From positions 132,318 to 196,317 of the forward strand of contig NW_003314314.1 of NCBI RefSeq assembly GCF_000143415.4: a stretch of DNA of 64,000 nucleotides, read 5' to 3'. This DNA is from Selaginella moellendorffii. Taxonomy: Eukaryota; Plantae; Lycopodiophyta. A program made the position numbers and the translations under genes. Of this stretch, positions 53,784 to 64,000 are shown one piece after another (positions within the stretch are counted from its first letter, which is position 1; each line of letters starts with the position of its first letter). The notes beneath the pieces are model-generated. The model did no database searches, was not told the DNA's origin, and was given only the letters and a program-made list of their open reading frames with translations.

Positions 53784-56609
53784 ATGGCCTCCGCAAGTGC
53801 GATGCATGTTCCCTCCGTGGATCTTAAGAACCGTGCTACATGGATTCAGGCAAAGGTGTTTCTAAACAACCCTGAGGGGGAGGTGGTAGCTGAGGGCTTA
53901 GCCACAGTTGTCGATCCAAGAGATGCGGTTGCTAATCAAGAATTGGGCTGGGATGATATTGGAGTTGCGATTTTAGAGGTTGTTGACACAGAAGAAAACA
54001 GTCTAACTATTGGAAGCATTGTGCGGTGGAAATTGAGGCACTTAGTGTTTGAGAATGTGAAGGATTCACAATCAAACACCATTACAATTGATGACAGAAC
54101 ATCTCTTCATGGGAAAAGAAAGTACACCTTCCTAAAGCGCAGCCAAAGGGATCTGAGCAACGAACCGAAAAGGCAGAAAATGGTGATGGAGGTTCGAATG
54201 GTCTCAACAGTTGCTTGTTGCAAGAGGAGGTGCTGTTAACATGCTGATTGGGATGTTATTGAAGAGGAGAGAGCAAGATACAAGACATTGTCCTAGAAGG
54301 CAGCTTGCAATTTTGTGTATGAGGCATTACGGTCATCTGTTGATGCTTCAGAACATCAGGTGGGGGGCATGGTCTTCCAGAGGGGTTTGGTCTGCATGAA
54401 GGCATGGAGAATCATTTATGGAGTCCCTCGAACCACATTCTACAGAATCAAAACTGAGTTCGAGGAACAAAGGGTTCAATAGGCAGTCCATGGGAACGAC
54501 GGTACTCACAAAACCAGGGGTCATGTTGTATATGGAGAGGCAATCTTCAAGAGGTTTATCGAGACATGTAGCGAGTAGCAACCACATAAAACCCGCCCCT
54601 TGGAAGATGGAACTCGAGACACCCAACGAGTTCTCCCTTCCATGTATACCAAGGGGGCCATATTGGAAGATGTGAATCGGGAACTCCAGAGTAATGGCTA
54701 CAGGAAGCTGAGCCAATCTAGATTTAGTAGATTGTGGAGCAACAGGTTCAGGGATGTGAGTATAGGAAAGTACTCCAGCTTTTCAAAGTGTGACGAGTGC
54801 ACTGCTATCAAAATGGCTTTGTCGAAGAATTCTTGCATCGCTCAAGAGCGAGAGACGTTGGTTAGAAGGCGGCTCGACCACAACATCGAGCAGAGAAGCT
54901 GCAGGACTGCATATTATCATAACAGGATTCTCTCCATGGAGAGACCTGACTCTTACCTCTGCATCATCCACGACAAAATGGACCAGAAAAAGACGTGCTT
55001 ACCTCGACTCAATCCTGCCCCCAAGGCAATCTCTTCATCCATGTAGCTGGCTGTGTCTCTGTTTGGCATAATCGCTCATGGGCATGGTGCCCAGAACTAT
55101 GGGAACTTCTTTGTAACTCTATGGGGTGGCAGGGGTGCAAACATGATGATTGCGTCCCTAGCAAAACACTTAAGGTCTCTGCAAAGTGCGCAGACTGAGC
55201 TGAACGGCCAACCCTTGCATAAGGCCCTTGTCGATCGAACCCCATACAGGGTTCAGCTGGAGGAGGAGCAAAGGCTTGTAGTATTGCGTGGGGCCCCATG
55301 CCATCCCAGTGAATATGTTGGCCGTCAGATTGTAGGGTTATCACGTGAGGCCTCATGCCATTCCGACGAGGCTGGTCACCCGATGAATGCACAGCCTCAT
55401 CCAAACGAAGCAGAATCTCAAGGAAGTTCTTGCGGCCGATATGGCCTTCCACCCCATCTTCTGCTCCAAATAGACAATGCTGGCAGTGAGAACAAAAACA
55501 TGTACGTCTTCGCGTACTTGGCGATGCTTGTTGCCAAAGGCATATTTCAAACGGTTACACTTGGCTTTCTCATGGTTGGGCACACTCATGAAGACGTCGA
55601 TGCCATGTTCAGTCACCTGGCAGAGTCCCTCCGGCGATCCAATGTCCTCACCCTCCCACAACTCTACGATGAATTCCAAAATTGCATCAAAGGCACTGTT
55701 GAAGTTGCACTTGTGACAGAGGTTCCAGACTTTAAGGGGTTTGTAAGAGGCTACATCAGGGATAGATCCGAAATGCTGATTGGCCACTCCAAGCCTCTTC
55801 AGTTTCATTTCAGCATGCGTGACGGTGCTCCAGTGATGAGGTACAAGATGAGAGAATGGGACACAGTGTGGCTGCCAGTGGACGGCATTGAACTCTTCAA
55901 GAGAGATCCCATAACTGGGGAACCTATGATTCCTTAGGGTTCCCCACGGCCGATGCACCCGGATGGACTCAAAGACCAGGAAAGTATAGTGGCCGGGATT
56001 AGACAGCATATTGCCTTCTGGAAGAGGGGGTTGGTGTTTGGTGGAGAATCCTATTTTCAGAGGTGCAAGCCTTTGATCGAATACTGGGAGAAGATTATAT
56101 CTACTATCCAAAATGGGCCGGTTGTATATGAAGAATTGGAAGAGTCCTTTTGGCCAGAACCCAGAGCACCAGATAGTAGCGGAACAATGTCCTCTAGAAA
56201 TGCAGTGACAGATAATGATGTTGAGGATCACTATTGTGGGCCGAGGAACAAGAAGCCGGATTCAGCATTCAATCCAGTACAGGTCTGCAAAGGAATGGTC
56301 GTGCTTGTCAGACCCAGTAATAAAAAACAAATGATATGGGTGGGGCGCTGCATCACTGATGCAGAGGAGGACACGGAAACTAACTCCTTCAATGTAACTG
56401 TGGAGTGGTTCAAGCCAAGTTCCGGATATACGAAGGATTGCCTAGAAAAGAGATGGGTGCTGAATCCAAGGGATCCCAGCATGAGCATATCGGTGGATAA
56501 TGTTGTGCATGGTTGGATGCGGAAGCAGAGTGCCACCATCACCTTGCCAGACCATGCAAGAGATGCAGCAAGAGCATTCATAACCCGGGTTCAAGGTGAG
56601 ATTCATTAA
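53784..56609 (+). pseudogene. DDD transposase (Sola-like / DUF7869-type), ~940 codons in one frame, interrupted by six nonsense codons
   Basis: ORFs 53784, 54600, 55053 and 55953 share one frame; stops are TAA 54237 and TAG 54294, 54480, 54576, 55044, 55935. Motifs: HTH-like AWRIIYGVPRTTFYRIK, FSKCDEC...H, IIHDKMDQ, LQIDNAGSENKN, FLMVGHTHEDVDAMFS. The ATG follows a pyrimidine-rich acceptor (ttctgcactttcAG, 53782). Possible last intron 56596-56647 with stop TGA at 56680. Superfamily assignment is from memory of motifs. Confidence 0.85.
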
Positions 56610-57322
56610 TATTCCTTTACTAAGTTTCTAATGTATTTTATTTCAAGGTGAACAATCCGAATCTGAATCAGAGGAGGCGTGATGGCATGTGGCCTTACGC
56701 CATTCCTAGGTGAGATGATACAAATAACAAGTATAAATTCTTAGTTGTTCTAGCAAATCTTACTTAAAGTTCAAGGTGAACAAGCCGAATATGAATTCAT
56801 CGGATTGTTATAACAAATTGCGAGGTGATGGCATGAGGCGATACGCCATTTGAGAGTGGTAGCCATTCCTATATGAGGTGAGTGAAATATTTATTAGAAA
56901 TACCTCATTCAATTGTGCACTTCTAAGTCTTGGTCCACTTAGTACTGTTTGCATGTTTTTATTTTAATTCTTTCTCTAAAATGTTATTTAGCATGTGGCT
57001 TCATGCCATTGCTCTCCACAATCATGCATTGAATTTTTCTATCCTTGCATAATACTTCTCCATATATATAGCATGTGTGCACATGTGATATGGTTCATTA
57101 GGCCTGATATAGTGTGTGAGGTAAAACAAAGATGATATGACATATGCATTTACCAATCACACGTGCATAAATCTAATAATATGGCGTGTGGCCCATATTA
57201 ATGGCACATAAACCCATATTGTGGGCTTACGTGCTTTATGTACCATCATTCCCTTGCAGCGTGTGTGTTGGTTTCCTTTTATAACACAACGAACTCCATA
57301 TTTTAGGGTGAAGAGCGTTCTC

Positions 57323-57580
57323 ATGGCAAACACAAAATCTGTAAGTGAGGCAGAAAAGGAGACGGAGAAGGAGATAGGTGAAGATGTAGAATATATAAGT
57401 CTTCCAAACTCCCCGTACTATACTCCAGGTGATCATTCTTTTGAACAAACGGCAACATTAACAACTATCGAGAACGCCCCAGTAACGTCAGAGACAACAA
57501 TCCAAAGCAAAACAACTGACCCGGAGAAGGATGATAGTACCGCTGAGAGTACCAAAAAGGAGGTGTCCACTAACGCTTAG
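57323..57580 (+). CDS. Possible small acidic Ser/Thr-rich ORF or exon near the right end of the transposon
   Basis: MANTKSVSEAEKETEKEIGEDVEYISLPNSPYYTPG... has coding-like composition within AT-rich surroundings and is flanked by palindromes. No recognisable domain. Confidence 0.3.
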   Translation: MANTKSVSEAEKETEKEIGEDVEYISLPNSPYYTPGDHSFEQTATLTTIENAPVTSETTIQSKTTDPEKDDSTAESTKKEVSTNA

Positions 57581-58216
57581 GCTTATAATGGCGTGTGCCC
57601 TCATGCCATTTACTTGATCACCAAATACCTTTTTCCCTTTGCACTAGTATATCTTAATACCGGTCTGAGAAATAGAATGGCATGTGCCCTCAGGCCTTTT
57701 ACTAAATCACCTTTGAAAGAAATGCAAGCCTCTATGTCGTAAAAAAAAGGTACTAGAGAAATTCCTTAATAATATGAATGTTATTTAGTTTCATGAAAAT
57801 ACACTAAGGGTCAAATGAGTTAAATGACTTCTCCAGACTAGCAATGCCTCTTGCTACACCTTCACAATTAGATTCGTTAGAAAAAGATAACATTGAATAA
57901 TATCTAAATGTTCTTACCATTAAGTTATATGTCTGGCTAATAAGAATGACATTCATCTTGGAAAGCTCACCACACGCTCAATGAACAAACAAATAGTGTG
58001 TGCGCGCATGCCATCGCTCTTCTTTAGCTTCAAATTCGGCTTGTTCACCTTGACAATGAGATTTATTATACAACCAGATGGACTCAGTCTGGACACAAAG
58101 TCACCGCGCTAGTCACCATGCCCTAGATATGTCTAGCCCCTGGACAAAAAACATATAATTTCACGTCATTTTCAAATACTTGAAAATTTGTACCTAGTCC
58201 CATTTTACTGAATAAA

Positions 58217-58240
58217 TCCCACTTTAATGAAATAGAGCAT
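58217..58240 (-). repeat. Right terminal inverted repeat (24 bp)
   Basis: Inverted match to 44806-44829. A second TCCCA(T/C)TT core lies at 58198-58205. Confidence 0.92.
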
Positions 58241-60601
58241 TTATATAAACTAGTTATTCCAAGGGAACCAACACTTCCATTTTTGTACTGAATTTACCAA
58301 TCCTTTCATTGTGTAAACTAACTATTCCATGTGAGGTAACTAGTCATCCACTTATACCGCAGTCCCAAAGTGGATACCTTCATTCGTGGATGCTCTACCA
58401 AGAGGAAGGATGTATGCATGGATGCCCAATACGTACGATTTCAAATTTAGGAGTAGGAATATATGTTTCTCAAGGGTATATTATATTTTTAAGTAACTAC
58501 TAATCAATAGGATTTGAACCCGTGCCATTTGCTCCAATACCATACTATCTTTCTCCCCTTAAACCAACTAAAAAAGGATGAAAGAGCCTTTAGTGGTTAT
58601 TTTATCCCTATTTATTCCCAAAGGTTCCAAAGATCCACAATGACAGTATATCCAAATCTCATCCCATGATCACATGCACTACACTAGCAAAATTCTTCCA
58701 CTTTAATAATGAAAAGACTGCAATATAATCATTTTTTAACAATGTCTAAAAACTATGCAAATACGCATAAATCTTTTTGAAAGTTTTGTTATCATAGAGT
58801 AGTTAACCTCCATTAGTTGCAATATATGGCTAATATACACAATAGAATTATATTTACCAAATACAATCATGCTTTTTAGCAACAACACACCTTTGAGATA
58901 ATGTCAAAAGCATCTACAAAAGGTTGAGTGTAGTCAAAATAGTCAAAAACTAGAAAAGTTGTCAACACATCTTTGAGATTTGCGAATGTCTGTTCACAAT
59001 CCCAAATTAGATGAAAAATAATATGAACAACTTCATTAATACTTGCAATGATAAAAAAGACAATAACATGAAAAAGATATTGCACCTTGCCAAGAAAGTG
59101 TTGCATATTGTTCACGCACTTTGGAGTAGAGAACTTCATAACATTTACAAGTTTGTCAGAATCAATTTGTAAATTTTCATGAAAAATATAATACTCAAGA
59201 TATATTCATTTTAACCGTATCAATGTCAAACTAACTTCCTATAGCTGATCCCAATGTTTTACAAACATCATAAGTGTGTTCCTCCTATGTCCCCTTAAAG
59301 TGGATCAAGACATTATCAATGAAATTAATAGTCACTTTTAACATATTGTAAAGAATATCATCCAAAAAGTCTCCAAAGAATTATTCAATCTATACAGCAT
59401 CACCAAAAATTCATATAAATTAAATGGGTTATAGAAAGTAATATTTAAAACATCCTCCTTATGTAAGCAACTAAATCACTTAACCACACCTTTGACCACT
59501 TGAAGGAGTTTCACTCACCATTTTTATAAATTTTATTCCCATCTTAAGGACTTGTTAGCCTCATGAATGACTTGTATGCCACTCAGCTTTTGCACTTGGT
59601 CCAAATGCTCTAAATGTCCAATCCTATAATAAACACCCAAAGATACCAATGACATATCATCCTATTATACTAAGGCTATATCCATTCACCTTTATCTAAC
59701 TGGTATCCCAAAACCACCTATACCACAATGTTGTCTCCCAAAGACTGGGCCATCTGTCCATGAGTGGTCATCTTATGACCACATCTTAGCATCCTTAGGA
59801 TGCTCAAAGACATAGAAAACACCCTTCCTTAATATCCTTTTTTCAGTCCCTATCTAGTCCCTTTCCATCTATAGTTGTGCTTGCCAACACTACCACTGGG
59901 TTAGGGCCTAAAGGCCTGACCACTAAATCCCATCCACCTCTAAAACTTCCTTGCCACGTGATTATATGCTTGGTCATCACACAAGAGGATTATTCCTTTT
60001 CCTTTCTACAGTCTAGGACTTTAGGATAATATTTCGAAACACTGTAACCCAATACGAACCTTGTGGGTACTCTCCCCACCTTCTGCCTCTAGGTGCCCTA
60101 GCCATGTGGCTAGAGCAAGGTTCCGATAAGCCATACTAGGTATCCAAGTAGGTAGTAACACCTACACTTCTATGAGACACAAATCCTTAAGCCTTAAACT
60201 CTAGACCACTTAAGTAGTTTAAGGGAAATTAAAACCTTTCTATCTTTGCTCTTCTTGCATCCTCAAACAATAGCTATCTAGAGTGGAGCCAAGAGGGTGC
60301 ATTATGGTAGTGGCTGAAGTGGAAGCCAAACAAGCATAACACATTTGGACTAAAAGCTTTAACTCGAAAAGTTGAGAGCAACAGTGGAACTTCTATTGAA
60401 ATGCTCAAAGAATAAGCATAAAGCAATCAATAAGCAAGCTTCTAGAAAAGGGAAACAAGAGGATCAACATATGACATATGGAAGTGTCAAAATTGAGTCC
60501 GAGATGGATTTGAGATGGAGTCCAAGAAAGAGTCCAAAATAGAGTTTGAATTGGAGTTTGAGATAGATGCGAGATGGAGTCCAAGAAAGAGTCCAAGATG
60601 G

Positions 60602-61526
60602 TGTCGCGAATGTGACTTCGGGTATTGAAAGATACTTGTCGACCAGTCCTTATGGACACTCTTTCCTTACTACCATGACAGCAGGAGATCGGTACAGTTG
60701 GATCCCTTTAGTAGCCCCTCTTATGCTAATGGAGTTAACTGGGCATTTCAAGTGTACTTACACCGGACGAGCATAAGGACAGAATTCCTACGTGCTATTA
60801 GCTAAGCATACTTAGCCAAGTAAGGAGTTCCTGTCTCATTTTGTCTTGCACTTGCTAGTGATAAGAACCCTCGCGTATTGAGACTAGTCCCTCAATATCG
60901 CTAGATGATAGCTTATTGTGTCTGCCAAACACCCTCGCTATCATGCCCTTTGTGTTGGTCTCATTTCGGTCCCAAATACTATTTATAGAAAGTGTCTAGA
61001 TTAGCTCATTTGGCATATTTACGGAATGTATAGATTAGCCTGAACACAATGGTGTTCATCCCATGTCCAAATTCGCAATCTAGCGCCATTCCATATTTAG
61101 TAAGTTTCGAGCTTGTCCCAAAGACTAACTCTTGATACTAAGGGAGGCTTTGGGTAAAAGCCCAAAGCATGTGTTCCTCAAAAGAGGGGGGGGGGGGCTA
61201 TGGGGGGTTCTAAATGTATAGTAGGGATAGTGGTTGGAATGCATGTCCGACCACCTGAGATATTAATTTGGCTCCCGCTGGGCTGTGTCACTACTTGTTT
61301 TGCGTCCAGCTTGGGTCTAAACCCAAGCTCCACGCTACTCTAGTTGATAGAGTACCCTCCTCCTTGCGTTAGGCCACCGGTATGCCAAAATTGTGCCAGA
61401 CTCTGTCTGACACCATTTTGCGTGCAGGTGCTGGATACGGGGAGCTGGTGCTCGTGGAATTGTACCAGACCCTCGTATCGTAGCGCAACGGGCTTGGAGT
61501 TCGGCTCCAAATTCATGTGCGCTACA
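60602..61526 (+). mobile_element. Solo LTR, family B (925 bp)
   Basis: TGTCGCG...GCTACA flanked by a perfect 5-bp TSD GATGG (60597-60601 and 61527-61531); absent from the paralog at ~10640. Confidence 0.93.
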
Positions 61527-62400
61527 GATGGACCCGAGATGGACCCAAGATGGAGTCGAAGAAGGAGTCTGAGATGGAGCCCAAAATGGAGCCCAAGACG
61601 GGGACCGGGACTGGGACCAAGATAGAGGTCGAGACCCAAACTGAGTCCAAGACCTAGTCCAAGTTTGAGTCTGAATCCAAGGTGAAAGCCCAAAGCAATT
61701 ATTTCCCAAGTGAGCTCTAAAAGGATAGTACAGGGAGGACTTCAGTGGAACTAGTTTGGCTAGTAAAGCCAATGTGGCTAAGGAAGGTTATACCCACGTG
61801 GTGGGTGATAATATAACTATTGAGGAGTGCAAGATTAAAGTGAATATAGATAGACAAGTGGGGTAACTTCGTGAAGTATTCAAGAGCCAACTTTAGCTCC
61901 CCTGGGAGATCGAATTGTCAATGCTCCCAATCTAAGTGTGGGTGGCACTACTTACTTGGATACCTGGCATGGCTCATCAAAACCTTGCTCTAGCCACATG
62001 GCTAGGGCACCCAGAAGCAGAAGGTGGAAAGAGTATCTATTAGGGCATGTTTTAGCACCAACTATGGATCCATCCCTCATATATAAACTCACAAAGCCAC
62101 AGTTTCAAACTCAACTGCAAGAGAAAATAGGGAGGACCCTTGATATTTCACCCTCACATCATTTTTATACAATCATTTGGAATATTTTAAGAATCAAAAT
62201 ATCCTCTCCCTCTCTCTCAAGACACCCATATCTACAACCGGGGAGTAGGAGTAGGAGTAGTAGTGGGAGCAGGAGCAGTAGTAAGAGTAGGAATAAAAAT
62301 AGGGGTAGAAGTAGGAGTAGGAGTGAGGCAAGAGTAGGGTTAGGAGCAAGAGTAAGAGTTGCTTCTTTAGCTGCAACATGTGATGCAAAGAGAAGGTGGC

Positions 62401-62787
62401 TGTCAAGAATCCCCCAATTCTTGCCACATTCCTGACTCTCGCCGGATTCCTGACCTGCAGACCACATTCCTGACTCTCGAGACACTTCCCTATTCCTGAC
62501 TCTCGAGACACTTCCCGATTCCTGACTCTCGAGACACTTCCCGATTCCTGACTCTCGAGCCACATTCCTAATGATGATGTGGCGCCTCCTCGACCTCAGC
62601 TGTATTTAGGCCGTCCTCGATCCAAGAGTGGTGGAGCTTCATCAACCTATAGTATATATAGGTTAGCCTTGTTCCATTTCTCCACAATCTGAATCAACAC
62701 CAGTCTAAGGCTTCTTCTTTGTTTTCACTAGCTTTTTCTCTTTGTCTTTAGCATTTTCCAGTCTTGATCTTGTTGGGGGTCTTGACA
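62401..62787 (+). mobile_element. 5' LTR of a young Tf1/sushi-type (Tcn1-like) gypsy element
   Basis: TGTCAAGA.TCCCCCAA...TTGGGGGTCTTGACA inverted termini, 26-bp tandem repeats in U3 (~62468-62558), TATA-like motif at ~62653. Confidence 0.88.
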
Positions 62788-62789
62788 GT

Positions 62790-62804
62790 TTGATTCAGAT
62801 TGTG
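62790..62804 (+). promoter_or_regulatory. Self-priming PBS
   Basis: TTGATTCAGATTGTG is the exact reverse complement of CACAATCTGAATCAA at 62683-62697 inside the LTR. Confidence 0.85.
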
Positions 62805-62885
62805 TTTTTTGCTTTTCTTTTAGCTCGTTTTGATTATTTGATTGCCTTTGTCTTTTTCCCCCTTTTCTTTTCTTTCTTCTTGCCA

Positions 62886-63857
62886 ATGGAGTCTCCAAGC
62901 CATCCTGATTTCTTTGCCGAAGTCCTTGCAAAAATCCAGTCTGAGAATACCGAGCTGAAAGTGACCCTTCTTCGCATGCAGCAGGAGCTTGCTTCACTTT
63001 CGGCTCAAGGATCCAGCAAAGTTCCTGAACCGAAGGTGAGTTTCCCGGCGAAATTTTCAGGCAAGCGTTTGGAGCTTCGTGGATTTTTGAACCAAATGGA
63101 GCTGATCTTTGCACTTCAACATCAGCGGTACCCCACTCCCGAGTCTCAAATCGGCGCGATTGGGACGTTGCTCGAGGGTGCAGCTTTGTCATGGTTTTCT
63201 CCTCTTCTGGAGAAGAGCATGAAAGGGGTCGTGGTTCCGGAGCTGATGGATCTTCAATTGTTCAAAGAGAAGCTCGAAGTATGTTTTGGCGAGACGGATC
63301 GGGTTCGGGCTGCTACCACAAAGATGAGACGTCTCTCTCAGGGGTCTCGTCCTGCCTCAATCTACGCTGCAGAGTTCCAACTCCTTGCCTTGGACACTCA
63401 GTGGGATGAGCGGGCCCTGATTGACCAATTTCGTTTCGGCCTCAACAACGGTGTCAAGGATTTGTTGCTCACCATGGAGGATCCCAAGGACCTGTCGGAC
63501 GCCATCAACAAAGCTGTTCGATGTGACAATCGTCTCTTTGAACGTCGTCAGGAAAGTCGCCGCGCCACTGTTTTTCCGTCCCAGACTCAGGAATCCCAGC
63601 TTGAGTCTTTGGGGCATAGTCCTGAACCTACTGCTCCGGTCTCGATGGATATTTCTGGTACTCCCCGACTCATTAGAGGGAAGTTGAGTCCTGCTGAGAG
63701 GCAACGTCGAATATCTCATAATCTTTGCCTCTACTGTGCTGATCCTAATCACAAAGCAGCTGTGTGTCCCAGGAAGCCTCCCCGATTGCTCGAGTTCACT
63801 CTGCCTCAAAGTCCACTTCTGTTGCAGTCGGGAAACGACCCTGTCCAAACAGAGTAG
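62886..63857 (+). CDS. gag: Gag of Ty3/gypsy element (Retrotrans_gag + CCHC knuckle), intact
   Basis: PAKFSG...RGFL, LEGAALSWF, LSQGSRPASIYAAEF, QFRFGL, PVSMDIS, CLYCADPNHKAAVCP. First ATG at 62886. Confidence 0.93.
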   Translation: MESPSHPDFFAEVLAKIQSENTELKVTLLRMQQELASLSAQGSSKVPEPKVSFPAKFSGKRLELRGFLNQMELIFALQHQRYPTPESQIGAIGTLLEGAALSWFSPLLEKSMKGVVVPELMDLQLFKEKLEVCFGETDRVRAATTKMRRLSQGSRPASIYAAEFQLLALDTQWDERALIDQFRFGLNNGVKDLLLTMEDPKDLSDAINKAVRCDNRLFERRQESRRATVFPSQTQESQLESLGHSPEPTAPVSMDISGTPRLIRGKLSPAERQRRISHNLCLYCADPNHKAAVCPRKPPRLLEFTLPQSPLLLQSGNDPVQTE

Positions 63858-63876
63858 GAGCTGTCTGTTTGGATTC
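63830..63876 (+). promoter_or_regulatory. -1 ribosomal frameshift signal (G GGA AAC + stem-loop) into pol
   Basis: Slippery heptamer 63830-63836; stem TCCAAACAGA/TCTGTTTGGA; the -1 frame stays open to the window end. Confidence 0.85.
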
Positions 63877-64000
63877 CCCAAATAAAAATCACTTTTCTTC
63901 CTTATCAAGCTCCTCACCACCTTTCATCAAAGCCACCACCAATTCCCGCAACTTTCGCGTCCCATGTCTCCTTTCTTTCACCGGACAATCAGGACTCAAG

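Larger units (their letters stand above)
45192..58014. repeat. Dispersed 22-bp palindrome family ATGGCRTGWGGCCWCAYGCCAT (~20 copies)
   Basis: Copies start at 45192, 46269, 46344, 47567, 47758, 47899, 49398, 50654, 50714, 50791, 51975, 53512, 53610, 53680, 55283, 55340, 56682, 56828, 56988, 57588, 57677 and 57993. Weaker copies at 52897, 57068 and 57181. None noticed outside the TIRs. Confidence 0.93.
44806..58240. mobile_element. 13.4-kb TIR DNA transposon (Sola-like DDD transposase) carrying a large accessory gene
   Basis: Left end AAGCTCTATTTCGTTAAAGTGGGA (44806-44829) vs reverse complement of right end ATGCTCTATTTCATTAAAGTGGGA (58217-58240): 22/24 identical. TTAT is duplicated at 44802-44805 and 58241-58244. 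The flanks rejoin to match the uninterrupted paralogous site at ~8380-8410 (ccttccaTTATatagattagctattcc). Contains a transposase-like frame. Confidence 0.93.
44554..58683 (-). mobile_element. TRIM copy split by the DNA transposon (halves 44554-44805 and 58241-58683)
   Basis: Paralog of 8114-8760; TSD ctagt/ctagc. Confidence 0.88.

Noticed and set aside
55575-55605. GHTH as an HUH endonuclease motif (Helitron/Replitron)
   Set aside because: TIRs plus TSD and the D..DN..D arrangement indicate an RNase H-fold cut-and-paste transposase.
53784-56609. Non-standard code (TAR=Gln) or U-to-C editing explaining the in-frame stops
   Set aside because: An in-frame TGA also occurs in the sister gene, gag ends at a normal TAG, and C>T decay is pervasive in the window, so methyl-C deamination is the simpler explanation.
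45192-58014. CRISPR-like interpretation of the palindromes
   Set aside because: Spacing is irregular (tens of bp to kb), the context is eukaryotic with introns, and there are no cas genes.

Overview
Eukaryotic, repeat-dense draft-assembly window with four N gaps. The host is probably a non-seed land plant: it has ~50-nt GT-AG introns, a telo-box and CG/CHG-type C>T decay, which resembles Selaginella, but this is inference. Most of the window is nested, decayed Ty3/gypsy LTR retrotransposons, solo LTRs, a small TRIM family and segmental duplications. There is also one decaying coiled-coil gene (19-23 kb) and the 5' end of a young self-priming Tf1/sushi-type gypsy element (62.4-64 kb). The main finding is a 13.4-kb cut-and-paste DNA transposon (44806-58240) with 24-bp TIRs, a 4-bp TTAT TSD and an empty-site copy at ~8.39 kb in the same window. 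It carries two divergent genes. On the + strand is a Sola-like (DUF7869-type) DDD transposase with extra N- and C-terminal domains. On the - strand is a ~1,600-aa multi-exon gene that appears to fuse a ParB/Srx-like domain, a degenerate beta-class DNA-methyltransferase-like fold and an FCP1-like HAD phosphatase. About 20 copies of a 22-bp palindrome (ATGGCRTGWGGCCWCAYGCCAT) are scattered through the element, mainly in introns, UTRs and linker-coding regions, and I saw none outside it. This looks like a transposon-encoded protein plus dispersed self-recognition sites, analogous to ParB/parS or VANC anti-silencing. All domain calls are by-eye motif recognition; no searches were run.
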